Positions 14,046-26,800 of a stretch of DNA of 64,000 bases are shown one piece after another. The translations under genes were made by a program, and so were the position numbers. Each line of letters opens with the position of its first letter. The stretch's first letter is position 1. The stretch covers positions 21,278,204 through 21,342,203 of the forward strand of contig NC_057745.1 in assembly GCF_004010195.1 (NCBI RefSeq), in the 5' to 3' direction. The notes under the pieces are model-generated. The model did not search any database and was not told where the DNA came from. It worked only from the letters and a program-made list of their open reading frames with translations. Origin of the DNA: Chiloscyllium plagiosum (taxonomy: Eukaryota).

Positions 14046-15037
14046 AGGGATTAATGGTGCTTTTGTATCTCAGCAAAGAATGGAACAAGAAATAAATATA
14101 TTCTTACAAATTGTAAACAGATCAAAATACTTGCATTAAAGCTGGATTTTAAGTTCTAATGTACTGAGTATCCAAATCTTTAAATAGTTAAGTTTTGTAC
14201 AATTTCCCACACAAAATAGAAGAGATGTAGAGCTCACAACATTTTACCAGAATCGTCAAATCATTAATTATTTGAAACCCAATTACAATAGAGTATGTGC
14301 TACACAAATCAGTGAGACCCTTTCCTTGTCTAAGTGCAGTACTTATGGCAAAGATGAACTATTAATCTTTGTGTTGTAATTGAACGTTGTAAATTGTCTT
14401 GAATGCAAGTGAAAATAATCAAGAGTTAGTGTTAGTCAGGGTGACAATTATCGCCTACTTCTTTGACAAAAGTAGTTCATTCCACACAATTAACATTGGA
14501 TGACAGAAACACTTTCACAGTACAACAAATCCAAAAAGAATAGAAAATCCAAAAAGTTAAAGAAAACATATGGGATAAACAGGAGTTGCTATTTCTGTGT
14601 GATATTGTAATATATAAGCACACAACCACCTACAGAGTCAGAATTTCACAAAGTAACAAAAATCTGAGTTCATTTCTATCTTATTTATTCAATTTTAAAG
14701 CTAAAGCCTAATTTCTGGGGCCTTGGCTTTCAGTGGGCAGTCAACAGCAAGTTACCCTATCTTTCTCTTTCTCTCACATCTTCTCACCCTGAACTTCAAT
14801 TGTAGCTTGAAATCCAAAGGGAAGTCCTTTCTCTCCCACTGCCAGCAGGATGCTGGGCACACCAATAAGCAGTGCACATGTATCTTAACTCAGGAACTCA
14901 GTAGAAAAATTCAAATCTAGATCTTGCGATTAGATACCCAATACATTGCACATTATATTTAACTTCTGACTTTGGTTAGGTTCCCCTCTGCATTTCAACA
15001 AGTGTTATATTTATTTCCAAACATTTAGTACAGGTAC

Positions 15038-18000
15038 CTGCAGAAAGAATCCTCTCTTCCATTTCTGCTACTTGTTGTCTATATGCTTTGCAAGCAGCTT
15101 GTTTGAATGTGGGTCTTATTTTGACTTTTTTTGGAACTTCAGGACATTCCTCTGGGATGGTTAGATTTTCAGATTCTCCTGATACACTCTGATGTTCATC
15201 TTGTTCGGGTTCTGCTGAGATGACAGCTGGGGATTCTATCTCTTCATCATTGCTTGTCTCATAAGGGATCTCATAACTGTCTCCTTGTAAATCTGGGGCT
15301 GTAAATTCTTCCAGACGCTCAGGTGACAACATTTGCTCATCGCTTGACTTGGGAAATGTTTTATTTTCCAGTTTTGCAAGCACTTCCTCCATCACCTCAA
15401 CATAATCCATTTCGTTTTCCCCTGCCTGCTCACTGTCCTCATCTTCCTCAGCTCTGTAATAATAGGGTTCATAGTACAAGTCTGAATCAAGGGTAGTGCA
15501 CGATTCATCTGCTGTGGATTGAGACAAAGTCCTGAACCGTCCCATAAAACTGCCTCTTTTTCCATCCTCACTCAGACTTTGGGTACTTCTGGAGTCCATT
15601 TTATTCCAAACAACCTCTAAGGCAGACTTAGCGCGTTGAAGTGACGATCCAAATTTTTGGAAGCTGAATCCTGTATCCGAGAGGTCAATACTCAGGCGGC
15701 TATGCCAGGATTTAGCTGGCACCTCCATTGAATCAGTGTCACTAGGAAGCTCACTCTGACTGCGACATCTTAGCGAATATTTATTTTGATACTGATAATT
15801 ATCACTAGGATATGAATCACAATAGGGGTCATATGTGCTTTCCCACTGATTTTGAGGTTTCCTATCAAAACCAGAACATTCTGATGTGTCAAGAGTTGTA
15901 TCGAACGTTTCTTCTTCATATCCTTGGCCAACAGCCTGGTAATTTGCATCAAAGTCCGTCGTATAGTCCAAGACATTTTGCTCAGACGGGCTATTTAATT
16001 CGGATGTAAAAACATGCTGTGAGGTGTCTAGACCAGAGTCTGTGCCTTGTTCTAAATGTTGCCATTCTTTCCATGGTGAAAGATCACCTTGCAAAGACAA
16101 CTGTGAGTCACTGTAATGACTTCTATCACCAGAAACACAAAGCATTCCATTGCTCATGCCACTATCAGCGTTCTCCGTGTTCTCTACTTCATTTTGTTCC
16201 ATATAATGTTGATCTTCATAGTCATACTGCTGAGTACCCACATTGTTAGCCCAGGTAGCTGCTTCTTCTTCCTTACCTCTTAACCAAATATCTTTTTCTG
16301 AAGATGATACAACTGAGGCACCATCAGCTCTGATGAAGTACTGATTGTCCGTAAAATCTTCAGAGTAAGATATTGACTGGCAGAGTTTAGAAAAATCAGA
16401 TTCTGAACGGCTGAGTTTGGTCGAAGTGTAATCGTTCTGGAGCCACGAGGGAGCCACTTCATTGTAATAAGGTTCCATCTGTTTCTGGGTCTCTTCAAAT
16501 GGAGACGAGTGAAGGCTGTCATCAGTACATAACTGTGTTGAATCTGAATATGAGCTGCAAACTACAGTTCTGTCAATGTTAACAATGTTGTGAGATTCTG
16601 GGGCTAATTTTGAAGCAATGGACACTTTCTCAAAAACCGTTTTGGAACTCAGTTCAAAACTGTGATTGTTATGGCCTCCCTCCTGATCTTTGTCACTCGA
16701 TTCAGGTGATGTCAACCCATCTCCTTTGGGTTCCTCCTCTGTGGTTGCTAACTTCATATTCATACTTTCGTATGTCTGGGATTTTGATGGAAGTGAAAAT
16801 TCCTTTCTGTCCTTCAGATCAGAAAAGATCTCTGTAGAAATTCCAATGCCTGAGCCTTTCAACTTGTAACATTTTTTAAGAATTAAATCCCTGTTTTGGG
16901 GACTGTCAAAATATACAAGAATGGGACGAGGCTTGGCATTGGCGCAGTCTCTTTGTTGCCCTAGTCTGTGCACAAGTTCAATCTGAACAGTTTTTTGTGC
17001 ATCTGTAAGTCCTAGTTTCTCTTCTATAATTCCATAAATTATGTTTTCTGTGTTTTCATGCAATTCTTCAGGCACGTTAATAAATCGTAGACTTACATTA
17101 TTTCCTTGATAGTTCAGTTGTCTTATATAATCATGTATATCTCTGGTTTCTCTTCTGGACTGCACAAATCCTGAGCGCAATTGTTCAATTTCCGTTTGCA
17201 CCACTTCCACGCTACTGGAAATTTCATCAATAGACTCTTTCAGAGCATTGACATGTCCGCGTAGCTCACATAACTCAGTTTCTATTTGGCTTATCCCCTG
17301 AAGCTCCTTAAAGATCATTTCCATGACATCATGAGTTTGACTAATGCAGCCAGTGGAACTGAATGCAGGTTCTAGTCCGCTCTTTTGCTGCAGACGTCCA
17401 GTTCTGTCCAGGGATTTGCTTCGAAAACCAAGAGATTTCTTCCATGTGCTCATTTCCGTATCTGAGGAAATACACTCTTGACTTTTCTTCCACTTGCGAA
17501 GCTTACGCAATGCACCAAGTCTCAATAATGTCCGATCTTGATCTGAGCTCCCATCAGATGCAGCTAGGCTGCTGACACTCTTCCTATTTCTCCTTACCGG
17601 CATCGTGTGCGACTTATGATCTTTTATTTTCTGCGAAGCACTTATTTCGTTCAATAACTCAGAGGTGCCACTATCAACAGACCACAACTCTGGACACAAA
17701 TTGTCATTATTTGATGAGCTAATATTCTTTTTCAGCCCGTTCGCTATAGCCACTCTGTAACTCAATGTAGGAGAAAGTGAATATTCTGTTTTTCCTTCCT
17801 CGTCTTCAACAGATAAGTTATGGGCGGATTGACACTTAGCTATTCTTTTGACAGTGGTTTTCAGATTTGTTGAGAATTTTTGATTTCGTGCCGAATTAGC
17901 TTGCAGGTGTTTTTGTACTTTCTTATCTAGATTACTCTCTTTTTTCCTTGTCGTATTTGCTGGTTTCTTAGTAAACATTCCTTTGTAAAACTTTAAAAGG

Positions 18001-18038
18001 TAGACCTGGAGTAGATTCTTCAAAAAGGAAGAAATCAT
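15038..18038 (-). CDS. UNC13C: Protein unc-13 homolog C (Munc13-3), large first coding exon (1000 codons + 1 nt)
   Basis: 1025-aa ORF matches the vertebrate UNC13C N-terminus as I recall it: KGMFTKK, SYRVAIANGL, LGALRKLRKWKKSQEC, SQTHDVMEMIFKELQGISQIETEL, KPRPILVYF, KSWHSRLSIDLSD, DYVEVME. The track start at 18053 is TTG; the homologous ATG is at 18038. Similarity ends at EERILSAG, coinciding with donor CAG|GTACCT (intron starts 15037). Confidence 0.95.
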
Positions 18039-18348
18039 AGGGAAAGGCAACAAGTATCACTGATTCCGGTCAAAAACCAGGGCAGTTGCAATCAAGCCAG
18101 CCATACATTTCTCAGAGTGAGTGTGTCACTTTCAGCAAAAGACACATCAACAGCATCAAACCATATGTCCTAGTTCTTAGCAAGAAGACAGCATTTATAG
18201 GCTGTGAAAGATTAATGCAGATAATTGTCAGAACGCAATCACAATGAATTTGTATCAGATGCAGCTAAAAGTCCTGGGGAAAGGGCAACAGCGCCGAACA
18301 GGGTGGAGATCCCATGTCTGCCTCTGTTACAGAAAAGAAGGTGTTAGC
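18039..18348 (-). promoter_or_regulatory. UNC13C: 5'UTR part of the UNC13C exon with 3' splice acceptor (exon start 18323)
   Basis: Minus strand tgctaac (branch point) - accttcttttctgtaacAG|aggcag. Confidence 0.65.
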
Positions 18349-21300
18349 ATTGAACAACTCAGAATTTTCAACGACGTCGTTTTAGCATTCAAAGCGAACA
18401 TCAACATACAATGCTAGCAAACAATTAACTAGCTATGGCTACTAAAATACAAACATACATAAACATATTAAAATGCCTTTTGTGGTCAAATATTGCAGTA
18501 ACAGTCTCATCTCAAAACTACTTGTTCTTTGTGAAACTAATGCAATTTAACTGAGAAAATAGTACACTTCAGTTCCATTTTTTATTATAAACGCTCCAGT
18601 TGTATGTAGTAGGAAAACTGAGCATGTAGCATTGCATTTTTTTTTATTCTTACATCTTCACTCTATTCATTTTTTTCCAACAAATTTTGTCATCACTATG
18701 CACAGGCCACTTTTCTAAAATTATTCACGAGAATTTGACTCATTCAACACAGCAATTCTTCTTTTGAAACGAAGAATGCATTATAGTAGATTTCATATAT
18801 ACTTCATTCATTGTAGTTTTATATTTATACTTAACATAGTTTGCCAATAGTGCTTTGACAAGGACAATCAGAATGAATTGCAAGGGGCTCCGATATTGTC
18901 TGAATTTCTTCATTTGAACAGCGGACATTAAGAATACTATATGAAGATACTAGCTATGAAGAATTACAAAGATAAACAGTGTGGGGGAGCTAAACAAACA
19001 ACCTAAATTTAGATAAACTACATGCTTCTGAAAGTTCTCAGTTTCAGCATTCTAAATTAGTGGAAGAATTTTCATCAGTGAGAGGGGAAGCAGGGATATG
19101 GAAATTCCCAGCTCAGCCTGCTGGTTTCAAGAGAATAGTTGAACCTCCATATGCATTCTGGACTGAGAACTCAGACATCCATTAAATTGTTGAAATAGCT
19201 GAATCCCCGGGAAACAATTGCTTGATTGACAGCTCTGTCTCTCAAAACTCTTTTGTCAATTTCACAAAGTTCAGAGAGACAAGAAAAAGAGGTTTCAAGT
19301 GCTTGCAGTTTTGGCTATTGACGATTTAAGGATCTGGATAATTGACCATTTTATTGACCTGTACTGAAATGATTTTGTTTAAAAGGTAGAATATTGTGAA
19401 TTAATTACTTTTCTAAAAACCTTAGTGTTACCATAGGGTCGTTTGTTTCTATACAGTGGAGAATCTATCATAGCATAGAGTATATGAGGGTGATGGGTGC
19501 TGTGTGGGAGACCATAGTTTAGCATGAGGAGCATTGGCTTTTTTACTTTTTTAAAAGGTGCCTCACCCAGACTATGATTCATGATATCTCTCGGTGTCAT
19601 GCACCACAAATCCTTTAAAGTTGGCCCAACACCATTAAAGTTATGGAGGACTAGCAGGTGTCTGTCCCTGCAATGGAGCCAGCCAGGTCAAGGATGGAGG
19701 CTGTGAACTTATGAGCCAAACCAGCCTGGGCCCTTAAATCAGCACTGAAAATCAGAAAACTCAAGTATGTGGCCAGAAATCCCAGAATCTGATCTTGACT
19801 GCCATTTTCACCCCTTCACAAAAGTGTCCCCAATTCCATGGAAATCCAGACCAGTGTCTCACATTTCAAACTCACACCTTTACCAATTCAAAGAAACATC
19901 GCAGTTCCTCTGCCCCAGCAACCCAAAAGAATCTGTAAAGTGCTAATATTTTAATCTGTTTATTTACTTTGAAATCTGTTTCACTGTTGTATGTAGTTAT
20001 GTTTTTCCATTGCCAAACTAAAATGAGTGCTTAGCTCCTCTCCACGCAGTGTCACTTTTGTTTATTATCTGAAGGATGAATTTGTAGTCAGTTTTAAGTT
20101 ACTGTTAGCCTCACAAGAGAAGATTTATCAAAAAGTTGTATTACTCATTGTTTAGCAATCTCAGAGTTGCAAGGGGAAATATTCTCAATGTGTCTTATTT
20201 TCACTTTTGACAGAAAATAAAAATAAACTATTCGATTCATGGAAGTACAAACTTTGACACTTCAAATTACCACACAAAATGCTAAAGGTGCATCATGGGT
20301 AGAATCTGTTAAATCATCGAGCAACTTCTTGAGCTCACTACTTTTGTACGTTTTCATAACATCACTAAAACAAACATTAACGTTCCCATGAAAATGCAAT
20401 TTAAATAACTAGTGGAGAGGTAAACATTTAAAAACACAATGAACTCAAACAATTCATGTTTTAATGTTATTTTTTCCATCACATTTAATTTATAAGTTCT
20501 CAACTTCTCATTCCTTACAAAGGATCTTTAAAAGCTTTCATTTTCTTGTTTCCTCCTTTATATTAGTACTCAACATTGATGTAGGTGATGATAATTTACT
20601 AAAGTTGTGGGCCCTATTTTAATACCAGCTGAATAATAGCATCAAAGTCAAGATCATTGATCAAGTATGCCTCAAAGTCCCAGGATCTAACTTGGGTACA
20701 TTTTGGATGTAATCCAATTTACTTTCTGTTGAACAAACAATCTCAGTTGGACAGTAGTTGTGTCCCTGCCTCTGAAAATATTTAAGCTATCTTGGTCCTA
20801 ACTATTGACAACTGCTAGAACTCACATTGATGTGGTCAGGTTAATTATACTAAAAATAAACAGAACAGCAAGATTACAAGAATCTTTTTACAGAGACAAA
20901 ACACCTTCAAAAAAAAAGAATTAGTCTAAACACAAATGAGAGCAATGTTCAGCCAGTTCCTCCTAAATCTAGGTTGAAAAAAATGTTATGTTTTTATCTT
21001 TTAAAAATCCTATTATGAGTCATATATTCTATGTCTTTCTGTAGAAATGTCTGTTTCCATAGAACACCTTGCAAGAGAGGGCAGTCTTTTTCATAATGGT
21101 AAAATGCAATGTTCCAAGTTGGGTCTCTTCACTACACAGCAGCACATTAACCCTAGAATTGAACCTGCTGCTTAAACATCAACATTAGCAAAGGATTCAA
21201 GTCCATTTTATTAGCTAGAATACATAATAACTTCTTCAGTGTCACAGAAAACACAGCTGATAAAAATCACATGTAAAATATAATTATTTTCTTTAGAGAT

Positions 21301-21802
21301 ATCATTCAAGTTTCAGAACACTACATCCTTTTACTCAGAGCCATATGAGATTAATAAAAAGTCACACTTCACTGAACTGTTTAACTGGTAATTGTGCAAA
21401 ATTGCATGAAATGAAGATGATTGTGTGTGGGGAAATGTGTAAATGCTAAGATGATGCCACTAATGTTTTGATAAAAAGGGAAGGAATGTGTCATGGTCAT
21501 ACTTGACATGATGGTGTTTATGTATCAAGTCTTTAAGAAATATACTGTTATTACTTTGTTGTGCCATGTTAACCTCCGTAGTAAAACTGCATGAACAACA
21601 GACTTCTTTCAAGGCTGCTAATGCTGCTGTATAACTGACTGATGTTTTTTCATTGCTCCAAACCTGGTCTTAACAACTTCTTTAACAGCATCATCCCACA
21701 GCATTGGCTAAATTCATAACTAAACATGGGTTTGAGAGTAAGATGATCCTATCAAAGGTGTAACCTGGCAAGGGAGGTGTGTGAGGGAGGTATGTGGGAG
21801 TA

Positions 21803-21836
21803 GGGGTGGGGGGGGGGGGGGGGGGGGGGTGGGGTG
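21803..21836 (+). repeat. Poly-G tract
   Basis: ggggt-G(22)-tggggtgg. Confidence 0.9.
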
Positions 21837-23039
21837 GACAGTCCAATGCTTCAAGACCAGACCACTCTCACAAAGCATATGTGAGCGTTTTCAACATGTG
21901 GAGCCTTTCTTCAAAATGTCTACAGAGCAATGAAGGTCCAACCCAATAATGTCAGAATCTCCGTTATTATATCTATGTTCTAGAAGAATGAAGAAGCTAC
22001 GCAGAAAATAGTAACCTTTGCAAATTACTGAAGCCTGTGACATCTTGATTTTCATAAATATTAATTGCAGTATGAATTGGTAGGATTTTCTGCAGGTTTT
22101 GTGGGAACTTATTTCTAATGACTTCAAGTAATACAGTACATTATTGCAGGGCAAACTCGGGTGTACTAAGATATGCTTCAAACTGAAATGACCACCTCAT
22201 CACTACTCTAACCACTGAAGGGGTTATCAATGGGTAAAATTAAATAGTACTTTAATTTTATTCACCTGTCTCAATTGAGAGACACTTCAATTCCTGGGAC
22301 AATTCTTTTATTTTTTGCAACACCAGGAAAACTTAACAATGTTAAAACATTAAATTATAAGCATATCTTTTTTTTAAATAAAGCATGATACAAGTTTGTT
22401 TCTTCGAGTCCATGCATGGTTTAAAACAATTTAGCTACTTTAAATTTGTGTAAAGTGTTGTTAAATAAGAATTCAATCTATGAAAACAAATTCTATCCTA
22501 CCTATCAAAATGTACTACTGTCTGTCAATTTTCAACAACATTGAGATTTGTTCCTCTTCTAATAAAGTGTTTATCAAAAATAATTCTGATCTGAAAAGGC
22601 ACATAATCAAAGCAAACCACCATAAACAGACTGAGCCTGCATACTGTATTAAGAATGTTTTGGCTTACTGTCATCAAGAATTTAATTTCCAATGTAAACT
22701 TAAATTTAATTCTACACATGCAGTTAATAGAATTGTCAGTCCACCTGTAGTTTCTTAAGTTCAGGTAAGAGGTAGCATATCTCAGGGGTTGAATCACTAC
22801 TTAGTACTAGACTGCAACTCTTAAAGACAAGGTTACTCCAGTAGCTGCATGGGATGAAGCAGGTCGCAAGAGCTAAAGACTGGGGAGAAAGTAGAAAGAT
22901 GATACAACAAGCCAAAGAGTCTGTTTCAAGGTTGTTGGAGATCTTTGTGCAAGAGTTGCACACGGAGAGTCAGGCAGAGATAAAGAGAAAGAATAAAAAA
23001 AAGAGAGAAATTGTTTTCCTTCAGTGAGTTAGGAAGCAC

Positions 23040-23160
23040 ACAAGAGTTGAGAAGTCAGCGAGAGAAATATGCAATACGGCAAATGCCTCCAATCTGATCC
23101 CAAGAACCTGGATGTAGCTCAAAAAGAAGTCTAATGACTTCTCATTAGTGGCCAAGGTAG
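23040..23160 (+). mobile_element. Possible Harbinger-type Myb/SANT-like remnant
   Basis: From 23076 TANASNLIPRTWM*LKKKSNDFSLVAK resembles the VNA...RTxxQCKKKxNDL motif, followed by a gtag donor-like site. Confidence 0.35.
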
Positions 23161-24944
23161 GTGAAAGCATCTTCAGATGCTACAAGCCGAACACACTGCT
23201 CCATTCATCATTGATTATGCAGCAAACTCTATCAGTCTTGGTACATGTTATTGTGTTGTGTCACACCACCAGTATGTCAGTAAATCATTTAAAGAGACAC
23301 AATCAATGTATCATCATTGCACAGTAGTATGAGACCTCAGATGAAAAAGGCCTCATATTTCTTCTTAGCTCAGATCACTTGAAGCATGATACTCAACTGG
23401 AAGTGTGCCCCTCTGAATATCTTAATATTAGACAAGACCCTTATGTGCTTGAGGAATGTAATGCTTGCACATCATAGTTAGTTGTAGTAAATAATTCAAT
23501 ACCACAATTTCCATGCCCAGCATTGCCACATCAGGGAAAAATACCCAATCAGATAGACTCCTCATACAATATGCCTTACATTTTTGGCACAGCCTCCATA
23601 TACTCTGCCCTAAAATGTACATCTCCCAGCATATATGTCCTGCCTGCTATTGACCTGTAAAAGGCATAACATGCAAGCAGTTTAGCATCACACTGATTGA
23701 TGCATTTCGCTCCTTCTTGCGGTACCTGGTGACTGACTCTAGGCGACAACAGCAGAAGCTGAACAGTGGAGTGCAGACAAAGCTGCAGATGTTCATCTTC
23801 AGGGAGAAGACGGTGCAGGACATTCGTGAAATGATAACCACTGACAACCTGCATAAGAATGATGGTACTTCACCACCTATAACCCTACAGCTCCAATCTA
23901 TTTCATGGCCATCCTCCTAGCTGTTATCATTCACAATCTTCAGATGGTGGAACCTCTTGCTTCCCCGGTCCCATTCCAGCCATTTTACTTTTGTGCCAGG
24001 GCAGTTTCCACTCAGTGGGTCACAACACCCAGTGGGAGTACAGGGCAAGATTCTGGGACTGCAAGATCCAAAGGAGCAACGGTTTCTGTGGAGCTGGGAC
24101 TGAGTGTTAACAGTTATTTGGCCCCTGTAAATCCTTTTGTTTTTTTTCCCATTGGTGTGTGTGTCCTGACTGATCTTTGAAATGTGATTGTTGACATGCA
24201 GATTAAAATCTTCAACGGTGGGGTAGGCTCGTTTATTGTTGTTAAACCTTGCAATTTAAACAATTCCCACCACCTCAACCTTCTCCCGACATCAGACCCT
24301 GCTCCCCTCATGCAATAGGTAAAAATCAACACCTTTGTGAAATTCTTCACCAAAAGAGCGATAGAGGTTGGGTCGTTAAGTCTCATGGCATGGTGGAACA
24401 GACCTGATGGGTGAATGGCCCTTCATTGCTCCTATGTTCTGTGGTTTTATGGAGAGAGGGGTCGTACAGGTTATCCTTTAGAGGAGTCAGTTTAGGACTA
24501 TAATGGAATCCTATGCCTGTGTTTTTTTTTTAAATTTCAGATTTCCAACATCCACAAAACTTTGCTTTCATATAAAAGAAGTGCTAGGTAAGTTGGAACA
24601 GAAAGAGCTATTATTTTTATTTATTCACAGGTATTTGGGTGTCGTTGGCTAGGCTGACATTTATTGCCCATCCCTAGACACCATTTGTTGCAATTAGATA
24701 CACATTTCAGTAGCTTGCATGGCCATTTCATTTGTGGCAGCTTTTATTCCAAGATTATGACCAAGAGGATTTTGTGATGGGCTGTAACTGGTGAAAAACG
24801 GGGATCTCATGTTTAATTCACATTGAATGATGTGCTCACAAACACTCCGTACGGAATGACAACCGCTTTCTTCTTTTCTTCCTCCTTTTCCGGAGGTGGT
24901 ACTCAAATCACAATGGCAAGAGCTGGGTCCTCACAGTGACTAGG

Positions 24945-25295
24945 TTGAGAGAAGTTCATAAGATTGTGAATGGTATGGATAGAATGAAAAGTATGAAGCT
25001 TTTTCCCAGGATGGAGGGGTCATTTACCAGGGAACACAGGTTCAAGGTGTGAAGGGGGATTAAAAGAGATGTGTGAGGCACATTTTTCACACAAAAGGTG
25101 TGGAACGCGCTGCCTGAGGAGGTGGTTGAAGAACACACAATCACTGCATTCAAGAAGCACCTGGCTGAATCCATGAATAGGAAGGGAACAGAGAGATACG
25201 GCTCCTGTAAGTGAAGACAGTTTTAATACAGAAGGGCAAAATGTGTCGGCTCAGACTTGGAGGGCTAAGGGCCTGTTCCTGTGCTGTGTTATTGC
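24945..25295 (+). mobile_element. CR1 LINE 3' fragment
   Basis: YKIVNGMDRM...VWNALPEEVVE...FKKHL and tail gggcctgttcctgtgctgt. Confidence 0.85.
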
Positions 25296-26499
25296 TCTTT
25301 GTTGAGGTGATTTGCGAGAGTTTGTTCCCAGCAAAGTGTTTTACCTGGTGTGACAATGCCTATGTCATCTCCTGTAACTTAAGAAACTGTGGTTATTGTA
25401 GTATTAAAGAATCCAACTGATATTTATTACAACAAATTATGTATAAATATTACATTGCTCAGGCACATAAGTGTCTGGGCTAATAACAAGCTATTCAAAT
25501 GCAATAGAGTATTATGTTTTTGGAGCATGCTTTCAGTGGAGAGTCATGTTTCAAATGATCCATTGTAGATGGAGTATGAGATCCATACACCCTCAGGTCA
25601 CATACAATGATACAGTGATACTATCTCTTGAAGGCAGTTTGACACAGACAGTCTGACATAATATGACAGTGGTTGAAACAGACCACCAAGGACTGAAATA
25701 CTTGTTCCAGTGAGAAGGGGTACACTCCTCCTGAGTGGTTGAGGCAGCATTGTTTCAACTTCCCAATTACTTGGTAAATGGCATTCATTGTCTGAGCATA
25801 ACTCAGATATCTGAGTACTGGTATTTGGACTGTGGAGGAGAGTCATTGGCTAGATGTAGAGTGGATAGCCCTCATCGCCTAGAAACGATTTTCGACTCAC
25901 ATCCGGTAGAAGAAAGGCAATTGGAACAACAGACTGATGCGTGACGAATATATTGTGACTCTACCAGAAATGTAGGCACTCGCCGACAGAATATGCTGCA
26001 CATGGTCACACACCCAATGTGAGTGGCAACATTTGTGGTTTCATTATGTGTCATGGTTGGGAGGTGCCCCTGCCTAAGCCTCAGGTGGAGAGACAAAGGC
26101 ACTGTGTGCATCCTTCCTAGCAGACATGTGCACACTCCTCCTGCTTCTCCTGGTTCAGAGAAAAGTCGACAAGTTCCCTCTCTTCGCATACAGAATATCT
26201 ACCATACTTTGATGCTGCAAATGGAAGATGAACTGCAGGATGTTAGCTCTCCTCAGCAGCTGAAGATCTGCTGCCAAGAGACTGCAGAGTTTGATACGAC
26301 CTCCTTGGTGAATCACAGACACACAACACACTGAGCCTGCAATGGGGAAAAAGTGTCCTGAAAGAAACCTAGATGAGTTAAGCTGCCCCTTGGGAGTCCT
26401 TCTTGCCTTCCTTCCCTTCTTCTGCTGATGGCTTTGCTTCTTTGTTACCACTGCATCATCTCTGACCTGTACTGTAACCTAGTTGTCCTTAACTTTAGG

Positions 26500-26800
26500 C
26501 AGCATGCTGGCTGAGTAATTATCACTGCTGCCTCACAGCACCAGGGACCTGAATTTGATTCCAGTGTTGGGAGACTTTCGGTGTGGAGTTTGCACATTCT
26601 CCCGTCTCAGCGTGGGTTTCCTCAAAGTGCACCGGTTTCCTCCCATAGTCCAAAGATGTACATGTTAGGTGGATTGGCCCTGCCTGTAATACCCAGGGAG
26701 GTCCAGACAATGGTAAATGCAGGGTTAGGGGGATAGGATGGGATGCTCCTCAGAGGATCAGTGTAGGTTCAATTGGCCGAATGGATTCTGTGATTCCCAT
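26500..26800 (+). mobile_element. HE1-type V-SINE
   Basis: cactgctgcctcacagcaccagggacc head; gtgtggagtttgcacattctccc...tcccatagtccaaagatgt V-domain. Confidence 0.85.

Noticed and set aside
14976-15037. C-terminal TCTKCLEIN...RGT of the long ORF
   Set aside because: Read-through into the intron past the GT donor; UNC13C similarity stops at ILSAG
1-15037. Further UNC13C coding exons downstream
   Set aside because: No recognisable C1/C2/MUN peptides; a very short exon cannot be excluded by eye
18039-18053. ORF-track start MLPFP
   Set aside because: It is a TTG codon; the homologous start is the ATG at 18038
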